DNA of 64,000 nt, from positions 1 through 64,000 of the forward strand of contig RHPI01002262.1 of the NCBI GenBank assembly GCA_009103225.1, written 5' to 3'. Source of the stretch: Chlorokybus atmophyticus. Taxonomy: Eukaryota > Plantae > Mesostigma and Chlorokybus algae. The position numbers were made by a program, and so were the translations under genes. Shown here piece by piece: positions 11,112 to 22,540 of the stretch (positions within the stretch are counted from its first letter, which is position 1; the number at the start of each line of letters is the position of its first letter). The notes under the pieces are model-generated. The model was not told the DNA's origin, did no database searches, and was given only the letters and a program-made list of their open reading frames with translations.

Positions 11112-11661
11112 GGCATGTGCGACAGCTGAACCTTCAACATGCGACTAGCCTGCAAGTAGCCTGCAACCAACCCACATGCTATGTCACAAAATCCTTGTAA
11201 ATACTACTGCTGCAGCTGGTTGTTTGCTAATTACTTGTGTGCTAGCCATGACCAGCTTTGCAGCCATGCACCAAATTTACACAAACTTACATGGGTACAA
11301 TACAAGGCCATTCACTTGTCGAACGCATGGCCACAATCACCTGACGCACTCCTTCAGCACACACTATCGCCCGAGACATCCCTACACACACCCGTCGTAC
11401 CACTACCAATCACCACCTGATCATCTGGTCCCGCATCCTCTTCATCATCGCCCTCACGCATCTGCCAAAGCCGTAGCAGGCGGGCCTGGGTCGGAGCCTA
11501 ACTCCATGCAGGCCACGCGCTTCTAGCATAACTGCACAAGCCCTTCCAGCCCGCTCTACTCCACCCCCCGCCATCACCAACTTGACGATAGGGATAGCGA
11601 GTAGTAGCAATACACCTCAACGCATGTCATCTCTTCAACGCTGGTGGTTCTGCACCCACCA

Positions 11662-14277
11662 TTACCACTTGGTCAACCGGTTGAAGGTTGAAAGGAGTTG
11701 ACTGACAAAGCGGCTTACCTTCAAGCTGCGAATCACTTCCAATGTAGCAGCATCCACGCCTCCAATGATAGTGAATTCTTCTTGAACCACATTGCCTTCA
11801 CGCCAAACAACTGCTTTGCTGTAATCATCAGAAAAAACTACTGTATACAGCTTGGGATGTTCATGCTCCGGCTTGGGTGGCTGTAAGACGGGGCTACGAA
11901 GGTCGATGACGGCCCAATCCTTGGCCACTTGCTGCTCTAGCAGCGTACTGTAGCTGCCATGCTCGTCAAATCTTCTTAGATGTCCTTGCGGATTGCGACC
12001 GTCGCGCATGATCTCCACAGCCAAGCAGATTGTGGGGACGAAGAAATCCACCATGCCATTGGCTCCATACTTCTGCGTACACATGTATAAGATCAAACGC
12101 CCGTATACCTCACGAGAGAACAAAAGGCATGCGTGCAGACCTTGCCGAAGTCAGGCGATAAAACCTTGCGGTGCGGTAGCAACATGGAAAGAGCGCGATA
12201 AAACTCCATCTGCCAGCTTCTTTCCAGTGGCGTACCATCTACGCTGACACTTTCTGTTTCGCGCAACACCTCTGGAGCCATTCGTTGGAGAGTGTTCCTC
12301 AGCAACTCCAATGTAGTCCAGCGCTCAAACTCATGTGTAGTCGTTGTACTCTTATATTGCTGATGGAAGAAGTACTGATAATGCAACGGGCTTGTGAACT
12401 CAAACCTGCAAGGAAACAAGACAATCATCACAGCAACCAAGATACAAACAGTGCTGCAAAATGCATGAAACATATAGATACACGCCGTCATGACAATTGC
12501 AGCGGCCGGTGGCATTGCAAGCGTGGCACTGGTATTACATAACAAGCCATGCAAATGAGCATACCTGGTGCCGCACTGTATGACTTGACCATAGCGATGC
12601 AAAAACTGCAACGCCTTGTTATTGTTGGCCGAGGCAGGAAGCCAACCGGCCCACAAGAGTGCTTTCACAGTCAAAGGGATGTCAGCATCCTTTGCAGCAA
12701 TCGCATCATAGTTGATGAGGGACCGCACCCCTCGAAGGCTTTCCACAAATGCCGCTGAACTTAGTTTATACCTGAAACGGCACTTACAAGCCACCAAAGG
12801 ACACAATGCAAAACACTTGCAACATGCAAGTTAAAACATACATAGCATTTGCGTCAATCTTGTCTGCAAGTCTAAAGGTGGGGGGCTGAAGACCCTTCTC
12901 CAATTCCTGAAGACAGAAGGCCAGGAGGCCTACCTGCGTACACACGCTTATTGTGCATGCATAGGTTCGGGGACATTGCGATTGCAAAGATGGTCACATT
13001 ATGGAAGGAGGCGGTAAAGTACCTGTCCAGCACAGATTTTCCATATGTATGCCTTAACACCATCTCCCAAACTCAAGTGAGTATGAGTCCAGAAATCCTG
13101 CCACAGCTCATCCCATTCGTCGTGTAGCAGCTGTAAACTGCACCCTTCAGAAGATTCGCTTGGTACAATGCCAACGACTTGGGCTTCATCCAGGTCAGAC
13201 GCTGGCGTTGTCAATGGTGTGCCGGGTAAATGATGAGAGGCAGAGCTGGGCGAAAGACCGTATGAGCAAGCAAGGATGATACGACAAGAGGATAAATCCT
13301 GCCTCAGCGCTTTGATGGCGCTCCCCCACAGAAATTTGCTTTCGGTGTTTTCAACATGATAGAGCACTTGCGCCTCATCAATGAGCACCAGGGTCTTGGT
13401 CCCTACCCATGTTGACAAGGACAATGCACTAGTGAGAACAATACCATCAGTATCTGTCAACATAGAGCAAGATGACATATATGCACACAAACACTCCACA
13501 TCACCACGCGCACCATGTCTTGTAACTGTACCTCGCATGTTCATCAGCTCCTCCAACGTGTTTCCCGTTTCCCTCTGAATGATATCATTCAGCTTGAAAG
13601 GAGGAGGAAACGTAAGCAAGCTGATAAAGAAGCACCTCATGTTGAGCGCATCAGCTGCTTCCTTCACCAGCTGCAGCAGGCTGGTTTTGCCGGATTGCGG
13701 CGGGGCCTTGATGATGACAAGGCCAAGTTTGGCGACGAGCTGCCACAGCCTATTGCACAGGGTTTTGCGCCGAGTCACATAAAGCACCCTCTTAATTCCT
13801 TCGCTGCGCGAACCTTCACCAAATTCGACACTGAACGCATGGCTAGGGCCTGCAACAAACGGGTGTTCAATGAGACACATGTGCGCCAAACAATGTGCGC
13901 CAAGTACAGCAGAGGGCACCTGAGGAACGTGCACGTTTCCCGGTTGATGCTGCCGGGCGTACAATCTTGACTCTCATGGAAGATTGTAACGCTTGCAACT
14001 CCTCTAGTGTCAACGATTGCAGATGGGTCCAGCCCAATTCTGTTCCGTAAAGCCAATTCCCACTCAATGGCACGCTGTTTAGCTCCACTGCCAACGATGA
14101 CGTCCCAGCAGCTTCAATGATTGCATGTCTCAGGTCCACAGCGCCAGTAATGGAGACCTTTCGGAACCGAAGCCATCTGTCCGGTGCAATGTCATCTGTT
14201 ATGTTGTCGACAAGGGTGTACCTCACTTCCGGGATCGTCCAGCGGTGAAATCTCTCTACCGGAGTCAGCAACGCCAT
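11662..14277 (-). CDS. Crinkler-like (CR) protein 1: N-terminal header, P-loop NTPase and PD-(D/E)xK-like nuclease domain; multi-exon
   Basis: Walker A is IIKAPPQSGKTSLLQL and Walker B is LVLIDEAQ. The C-terminus ERSWQMEFYRAL..LSPDFG..GMVDFFV...LAVEIMRDG..GHLRRF...Y...WAVIDLR matches the nuclease found after the NTPase in CRN-like proteins. GT-AG splices join the ORF pieces in frame. Confidence 0.75.
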
Positions 14278-16139
14278 GACCGTGCGGCAGCCTGCTATGC
14301 GCTACCTCGCGAGGACGCAGCAAGGGAGTTGAAGGTGAGAGAAGGTGATAATACCCGTTATCTCCTGCACATGGCCAAGGAACAGTCATTGGAATCAGAA
14401 GGGCAAGTGTTGACTATGGAAGAAAACCTCAATAGGGTGAGGAAAACAGACATCAAAGTTGCGGAGCAGCAAGTTTTGGAAGGGGACATGGACGAAACAC
14501 AACCTAGCTAGCATGACTGACAGGCAGCTACCATGATTGGGGGTAGGAGTATGCGAGACAGGACATCAAGCAGGAACTTAACATGCTGCCCGATGAACTT
14601 GAGACAGGTCGTTGACAGTGTGCCGGGTGCCGTCCAACGCGTAGCACCCAACTGCTTTTCACTGACGTAACTTTGGGGCAATGATGATGTGGACTCCCCG
14701 CTGAGAATCCTGCTGAGGCCCTGCAGTGTGCTATGATGATGCGTCTACCAGGCACAAGTGACTCACGCACAGTGCTGCAGCAAGAGCTTGGATTTGATCA
14801 CGAGCTGTGCTTACCACACAAAGCACATACCTGCCAGAATCTGAAAAGACTGGTTGAGACTGCGGCAGCTGGTGGCTGCATTGACCTGAAGGTAATACCT
14901 GGTATTAACACACCCAATCATCAGTGGGACACTATACAACTCAACAGCACACTCTCCAATATTTTGAGACAGCTTCTTGGTTAGCAATCAAGAGATATGC
15001 CTCTCAAGCAACAATATGACAACAGCAAGCACGCAAGAAGTGGATATGAACACCGTATTAGCAAGAAATAGTAATAGCAAATTAGACACGCACAATGACA
15101 GAGCACAATCCCCAAGCTCTTGCCTCTTCATGCCACTGCAATCATGTCGTTCAGCAGCCTGGCTGCTGAACGACATGATTGCAGTGGCATGAAGAGGCAA
15201 GAGCACTTGATTGGCCTGCAAGCGCCAACTTCAGAGGTTCAGAGCACTTGCGTGTGCTAATCATAGTAGCAGTAACTATATTTCAAACAAACAGTCGACT
15301 CACTGTTGGACGTAATGCACGACAGCACCGTTTCACCTTTTGCCGTCTCCCCATACCATATGTGTAAGCTGTGAGTGTAGTCGAGAGAGAAGATGAAAAA
15401 CGTTTGCTGGACAGCACAGAATGAATACAGACACGACAAGGTACGAAAAAATCAATTTGCACACGCAGCTCAGCGCTGTGGGCAACCTAACTACGCAGCA
15501 ACCTAGCCAACCAGTGACAGGACATGACACAAACCCGAGCCAGCTGCGGCGGTGATCAAGGCTGGCTGGTTAATGCCGACGCGCTTTTGCTTGTGCACGC
15601 TACACGTCCCGTAGCTTGTAACACGGGCAGGGCAATCGCTTGCGCTATGATAGATTGGGGCGCACTGCAGCAAGCATGGTGTCCTGGCACGTACCCGCAA
15701 ACAACAATGATCCTGCCCCGTCGTGCTCACGGACAGGTCCACACCGCCAAGCGTGCCGCTGCTGCTATCTTAGTCTGTTCCCTCCCCCTGCTGCAGCCTC
15801 CTTGCTCTGGGCTCACCCCCACAGGCCTGCCCCCGCTCCTCGCTGCCGCCGCCCACCACCTGCTGAGTCACTCAGCCTGAGTGCGTCGGAGACGGCGACT
15901 GCCTACCGGCATGTTCACCAGCCCTTTACACTCACTCAGTATGCCCAATGTGCCAAAGCTGCTTCACATGAACACTGCCGCCTTTACTGTGATACACGCT
16001 ACCGGTATCACTAGTCTTACTATTGTTCGGAGAGCTTGGCATCCTCGGAACGCGACGAATTTAACTAAGGCCAAGCCAATACGGCGCACGGCCGGCACAT
16101 GGTGGTGGTGCTCATGGCTGTAGACTGTGTAGCGTTCTC

Positions 16140-17720
16140 ATGCCGAAGGCCAGCAGCAAGCGAGGAGGAGGAGGAGGAGGTGGCGGCCTAGACACGTGGG
16201 TGCGGGCGGCGCTAACGTGTGGCCTGAGGCGGAGGGTGGCGGAGGACTGGGAACATGTTGAGATCGATCCGGTATGTGTGTAACTTTTCTGGCGTGTGCG
16301 TGGTGTGGCATGCAGGAAAGCAACGCACCCAATTGTCGTAGTTACACCATGGATTAGCATGCCCGCAGCAGCGCAGCACGCACTGCATGCACAAGCGTAG
16401 CTTTTAAACTCAAGTGAATCGTGGTATGTGGAGTTGCCGCTTTTGCATGAAACAAAACATAAAACCCATTGAATATTGCTGTCGAACACCACACGCTGCT
16501 TAGGCAAGAGATGGACCAAAAGCAGATGGTTGCAAGTCAAGTGCGCTGAATGGTGCTTCCTCAATTCCCTTTGTATGAAGTCTACTTTTGCATTAGTATC
16601 AATGCCCTCACATCATATGCACGTATGATTACACGTGCCTGCTCAGCTTGGGGCACACCATCATCAACGTGCAGGCGCATGTGTACCTACATGTACACAT
16701 GCGCCCACCCTAAACCTGGCAGTACACCACACCCGCTCCCAACCGCCCCTTTGGCCCCCTCCCCAAGCAAAACACATGCGCGCGTGCACCTGCACACACG
16801 CACACACATACGCGCACACATATCTCCTGCGCCTTGCCTTCAGGGCCTCTTCCAGGGCTCGCTGGCTCCGACAAGGAAGAGTGCGGCCGTTCTCGAGCAG
16901 CTCGGCATCACCCACGTGCTCACGTGCTCACGGTCATGGCGGAGGACCACGAGGACCCCACGCCGGAGTTCAACCAGCTGGTCATATCAGGTAAAAGGCG
17001 CACACGCACGAGGGTGTATGCAAACTTAGGACACAGGCACGTGGCATTGGGCAAGATTGCCATTTACATTCCTCACTTTGCCTCGACGTAACAACTCTGC
17101 TGTGCTGATGGTATGTTGGTGTGTGGCAAAATGCAAGCGCCAACTGGTGTTTCTGCAATTGGAGCTGTTGCATCATGTTTGACTGTGGCAGGTTGTGCCT
17201 GTAAGAAAATTGCTTGACTTCTTATTGTCTGCAGTCTTTGATGTGACAGAGGAAATGATTATTGACCACTTCGACCGTGCAACCGCGTACATAGATGAAG
17301 GCTTGCGTTGTGGGAAAGTATATGTCCACTGCGTCAAGGGAAAGTCCCGCAGGTGAGTGCAGAAGTCACCTGACATGCGTGTTTGAGCTGGTGCGTGCAT
17401 GCATGTGTGCCTGTGCGTGCATGCGCGCGTGTGTGTGTGTGTGCATGCACGTGTGTGGGGGTCGGGGAGGCGCTCGTGTACGCTTGCATGCATATGGCAT
17501 GGGCACCAGTCACAGTAGAAATGGGCAAAGCGTAGTTGATGTGGCAACGTTGTGCTTGAGCAGTGTGACGATGGTGGTCGCCTACCTCATCAAGCACTGT
17601 CACATGAGGTTGAAGAAGGCCCTGGCGACCGTGCGCTGCGCCCGGCCCAGCGCGCAGCCGAACATTGCCTTCATGAAGCAGCTCAAGGATTGGGAGCGGC
17701 AATGCCGGCGGCGGGGCTAG
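16140..17720 (+). pseudogene. Atypical dual-specificity phosphatase, four exons, with an 8-bp frameshifting duplication
   Basis: Exons are 16140-16271, 16844-16990, 17235-17352 and 17564-17720. They give VEIDP|GLFQGSL..LEQLGITHVLT, VYVHCVKGKSR|SVTMVVAYL and RPSAQPNIAFMKQL. CACGTGCT is duplicated at 16913-16928, shifting the frame. Confidence 0.85.
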
Positions 17721-18315
17721 TCAGCCACAAGTGAATGCGTAAATCTCACACACTCAGATGTGCATTGACTCTCACTCTCCCGCTGCCTCAAACGCAAGCA
17801 CTCCAGTGCAGGACACATGTTGCATCTACATGTGTTTGTAATGATATGCGCAGCACAGACAGCTGGTCTGAAGTAGCATTGTATCAACAAATGGCCCTTG
17901 CGTGAGTAACCTGGTGCACTTGGAGTAATGGGTTTTGTAAAGCCGAAGTGCAATGCACTGCTTCATCAACACTGCTGGGCACTTGGGCATCCCCTAACAG
18001 CGGTAACCATGCTTCCGTTGCTATCTGCCGCAGGTGCGAGCTTGTATGTCCAAGCCGATTGTGTGCGTGTGCTTGAGGTGAAGTACATGCACGCACACGC
18101 GCACACGCATGGAGCGGGGATACAAGTGCAGCGATTGTAAATGCCCAAGCTGCTGAGGCGCATAGAGTAAAGACTGGCAGTTGCACTGCCCAAACAGCCT
18201 CATGTGCGGCCGCGTTCCCATGTCCATGGCAACGGAAGAACAGTCATCAATAAGGGGCTGGTAGGGTTGTCGCTGTTACTGTTGCTGTTGCTGTTGCTGT
18301 TATTGTCGTCTCATT

Positions 18316-18399
18316 GTACCAGTACCAGTACCAGTACCAGTACCAGTACCAGTACCAGTACCAGTACCAGTACCAGTACCAGTACCAGTACCAGTACCA
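18316..18399. repeat. (GTACCA)14 hexanucleotide microsatellite
   Basis: Read directly. It explains the YQ/TS/GT/VL repeat ORFs in the track. Confidence 0.95.
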
Positions 18400-19288
18400 G
18401 TTGCTTTGGACTTTGCAAGCAGGTGGTGTAATGCACAGTGTGCGCAGACCAACCGGGGCGGCGGCTGCACTGCCCCTGTGCCACGCCGCGCTTGACTCCT
18501 CCCCTGAAGACAGCAGCAGTCACCTGGCTGCACTGAGCAGAGAGCAGTCGCAGCATTGGTTGCGGAATGGGAGCTGGTCCTTTATTGTTGACGGTTGGTT
18601 GTGTGAGGCTGTGTGAACTGCGTCGCACATGCACATCACTTAAGGCACGGTGGATGCAAACGACTGCCACATGCGTGTGCTTGGCACTGTGCGCTCATGT
18701 ACGCGTGTACAAGTCTTCAGAAGCTGTGAACGACAATGATGTGTATCCTGTGTAAGTATCATTCTTGCTTGCTATGCGTGTGTGTACGCGCATGACATGT
18801 ACAAGCCTCTGCGTTGCTGCATGCAGTAGTTAGCAAAGCACACCATAATACTTCAGCCAATGACAACCCTCTGCTCATAATGACTACATCATGAAGACGA
18901 CAGCTTGTGCAGTGTGGTCTAACTGGATATACTGCTGGTATACCTTGCCGAGTTGACAAACAACATGATTTGTTGGCTTGGTACACGTGATAATGACAGA
19001 GATACATGCAATGTCAGCGACAGTATGGCACACGGCGCTTACCAACTTGTCAACCCACTTGTGTACACTACTACAACTTCACACACACGTGGTGTCTCAG
19101 CAACCTGTCATAACCGACCTATAAGCTTGAACTGTAAACTCAGCCAAGGTCTAATCGCATTATGCTTACTACGTCAAATATCATACGCACAGCAACTATC
19201 CCTATCCTACTACTTCAAGATGCCTAGCTTGTATGAGCTGGGTGCAGCTTGCAGAGGGGTTATTGCAAACAGAGTTGTGGGCCTCCCG

Positions 19289-22200
19289 CTATAGACACAT
19301 TGTTCCAGCGACCCATGCGTTGTTGTTAACATCCCTCTGGGCGTTGCCGTAGCATGTGTTGGCATCCTGCCCCACACCGTAGAACTTGCACACCTGCAGT
19401 CAGCCAGCAGCAGCAGATGTTAGACACACGTGTGTGCCTTGGTGCGTGCTGTTGCACTTGATGGATCGTGCGCACCTTGTTGTAGTGGCCAGCGCCAATA
19501 CCGTATGCCCAGTACTTGCAGGCAATGTTGGTCGAGCACTTGTGGCAGCAGGTGTTGGCGTCAGCGACGTTGTTGATCCACTTGATGCGGTTCAGCGGGG
19601 GAGTCCTCCACAGCCCCGGGGACACCGGCCTTAAGCAGACGGACCTGCACGTCCACTCGCCGTCGGGACGCTTCTGCACGAGGATCCATCCTGTAAGTTA
19701 TAGCAGGATGCATGCATGCACATATCCACTCACGCACTCACGTGCACGCGCACACACATGCATGCGTGCACAGCAGCATCCACACTGACAGGGATATCGA
19801 CAACAACATACATGTTCGTAGAAGCCATGGGCGCAGGCGCAGCGATAGCCGCCAGTCACAGGCTGGCAGGTGCCGCGGGTGCCGCACGGGTTGGGGTTGC
19901 AGACTGCGTGCACACAGACAGTTAGACAAACAACGGCAGAGGACACGCATGCATCTGTACACAGTCGCTGCATCCCCTCTCCACTCACCACCACTAGTAG
20001 GTGGTGGCGGTGGGGTTGATGACACCGGTGGTGGCGGTGGTGATGACACCGGTGGTGGGGGTGATGGCGATGGCGGTGGTGGGGACGGTGATGGCGGCGG
20101 TGGGGTCGGTGATGGCGGCGGTGGGGTCGGTGATGGCGGCGGTGGGGCCGGTGATGGCGGCGGTGGGGCCGGTGATGGCGGCGGTGGGGACGGTGATGGT
20201 GTTGGTGGTGGGGGTGACGGTGATGGCGGCGGCGGCGACGGCGGTGATGGAGGGGGTGGCGACGACGGTGATGGCGGAGGCGGCCGGGGTGGCGGCGGTG
20301 ACCGCCGTGGCGGCGGCCGCGGTGATGGCGGCGGTGGCGACGGTGACGGAGGGGGTGGCGACGGCGGGGAGGGCGGGGATGGCGGCGGCGGTGACGGCGA
20401 CGGTGGTGGTGGAGGAGGTGGCGACGGTGGNNNNNNNNNNNNNNNNNNNNNNNNNNNNNNNNNNNNNNNNNNNNNNNNNNNNNNNNNNNNNNNNNNNNNN
20501 NNNNNNNNNNNNNNNNNNNNNNNNNNNNNNNNNNNNNNNNNNNNNNNNNNNNNNNNNNNNNNNNNNNNNNNNNNNNNNNNNNNNNNNNNNNNNNNNNNNN
20601 NNNNNNNNNNNNNNNNNNNNNNNNNNNNNNNNNNNNNNNNNNNNNNNNNNNNNNNNNNNNNNNNNNNNNNNNNNNNNNNNNNNNNNNNNNNNNNNNNNNN
20701 NNNNNNNNNNNNNNNNNNNNNNNNNNNNNNNNNNNNNNNNNNNNNNNNNNNNNNNNNNNNNNNNNNNNNNNNNNNAGACCTCCGTGGTGGCGGCGGCGAC
20801 CTCCGTGGCGGCGGCGGCGGCCGCGGTGATGGTGGCGGCGGCGGTAATGGCGCGGGCGGCGACGGGGGTGGCGGCGGCAGCGGCTGCGCGAGCAACAGTA
20901 CACATATGAGCAATCACCCCTGCATCACTCACAGGCAACACACTGCCTTCAACCCCACCCACCTCACAGACTCCGGACCGACACACACCGTCCATGCAGG
21001 GCGTCTCGTCCGGCTTGTGGAAACAGAACTCTGCATGAGTGGCTCTGAGCCTTAGTCACACATACCACACAGACACATACAACACGCACGCACACACGCA
21101 CACGCATGCACGCACGAACGTGTCCACACCTTGAACAATGATGGTGAATGCGCATGTGGTTTCTAGCACGGACGACCCGGATCCGCTCTGGAATGTCTCC
21201 TGCACAGAGACGACCCGCCCTCTATCGTTGGCCGTGGGGGAGAATGTGGCTGTGGTGTGGAGGGGTGAAGCCACCACAGCCCCCGCTGTTGGGTTGATGT
21301 CAAATGCACCGTCTGGGGAAGGCGAGACGGAGTAGAGAGGCGTGATTGTTGTGTCGGCCGTGGCGGTCATGTTGAGGGTGAGCACATCCGCCACGGGGAC
21401 ACTACACTGGACTCCCGTGGCTTCGAGCGTGCATTGGGGTGGTAGCGGTGAGTCGAAGCTACACACGGGAGGTTGCGCGGCCGCACTCACGACCTCCACG
21501 ATGAAGTCCAGCCCGTGCTTGGCGGGGGCGTTGCCGGGGTGCATCTCCTCCACCATCACCTGCACGGCGTAGAGATCCCCCACCTCGGTGCCATCTGTGT
21601 TCCACGACAACTCGCACGAGGGGGACACTATGAGGTTGTCTATGGCAGTCGCATTGGCTGTGGATATGCCAGACTCGGCGGGTGTGGCACGCCGACACGT
21701 GAACAAGTCCAAGTCTGGGTCCAGCACTGGCAGCTGGATGGTGTTGTTCTGCCCCGGGCCGGCCACCTGGATGATGGGCTGAGACGAGGAGATCACGCCG
21801 CCGGTGTTACCATTGTTCATGTCGATCACAGTCGAGACTATGAAGTTGCTCTCCGCGGAGGTTTTGAGGGTGAGGATGCGGCAGCAGTCGTCGATGCGAA
21901 CGGTGTATGGGCCAGGACCGGCGTACCGCTTGCTGACCTGCGACAACAAGAAGTGGAAATCAATCTCTAGCATACGTGCACGCGTGCGGGTGTGAGAGTG
22001 CATGCATGCGCACACGCCCGTGTGCGTGTGCGTATGCATGCACTCCCACACGTGTGCGCGCCTACGCATGCCTGTGCATGCCTGCACGCGCGTGCGTGCA
22101 CACGGGCCTGTGTAAGTATGTGTCTCTCACCTGAGCCTGGCCTTCCACTATGTCTCGCGCAGCATTGACCCCCGTGACAGTGAACCTTGGGCGAGTAGAA

Positions 22201-22540
22201 CTTTTGTCGCCAAAGTTGAGCGGAGTTGGCACGAAGGTGTCATTGTAGGAGGGTGTCGTGTTAAAGAAGTAGCTCAATCTCCAGCTCTGGGGTTGAAGCA
22301 CAATTGTAAGGTATTCGTGCATAGAGAGGCGGCCTTTGCACAGATTGCAATACATACCTGGGTAAGGGTGATGATGACATCGTAGGGGCCAGCCTCGGCG
22401 CTGGTGTTTTTGCGCCAGGACGTGAAGCTGTAGCGGAAATGGGTGGCTTGGGCTGTGCCGGCATGCAGGGCCAGCACAACAGTCACAACAAGCCAGCACC
22501 AGGGCGTCATTGTTGATGAAGCTCTGTCTGGCTTCATCAT
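19289..22540 (-). CDS. Secreted mosaic protein: signal peptide, THFR-type beta-sandwich N-domain, Ser-Pro(3-5) HRGP linker, EGF-like domain and PAN/Apple-like domain
   Basis: The spliced translation starts MMKPDR..WLVVTVVLALHAGTAQA-THFRYSFTSW, then DCCRI.TL...VIDMNNGNT...PVLDPDLD...RRATPAES, then PPPPSPSPPPP repeats spanning a gap. It continues CNPNPCGTRGTCQPVTGGYRCACAHGF and ADANTCCHKCSTNIACKYWAY...CKFY, with the stop at 19289-19291. Confidence 0.8.
19995..20885 (-). repeat. Proline-rich coding repeat (PPPPS units, including exact 21-bp tandem copies), interrupted by a gap
   Basis: The ggtgatggcggcggtggggyc units are visible on the + strand. Confidence 0.9.
20431..20775. other. Assembly gap within the Pro-rich exon
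   Basis: N characters. Confidence 1.

Noticed and set aside
11370-11650. C/A-rich segment resembling a retroelement 3' region; similar texture at 24750-25030 and 31350-31560
   Set aside because: No RT, RNase H or endonuclease motif could be identified.
7229-16155. Shared 16-mer CATGCCGAAGGCCAGC at two putative start codons (7244 on the minus strand, 16140 on the plus strand)
   Set aside because: The similarity does not extend on either side, so it is treated as probable coincidence.
18311-18670. YQ/TS/GT/VL dipeptide-repeat ORFs
   Set aside because: They are explained by the (GTACCA)14 microsatellite.
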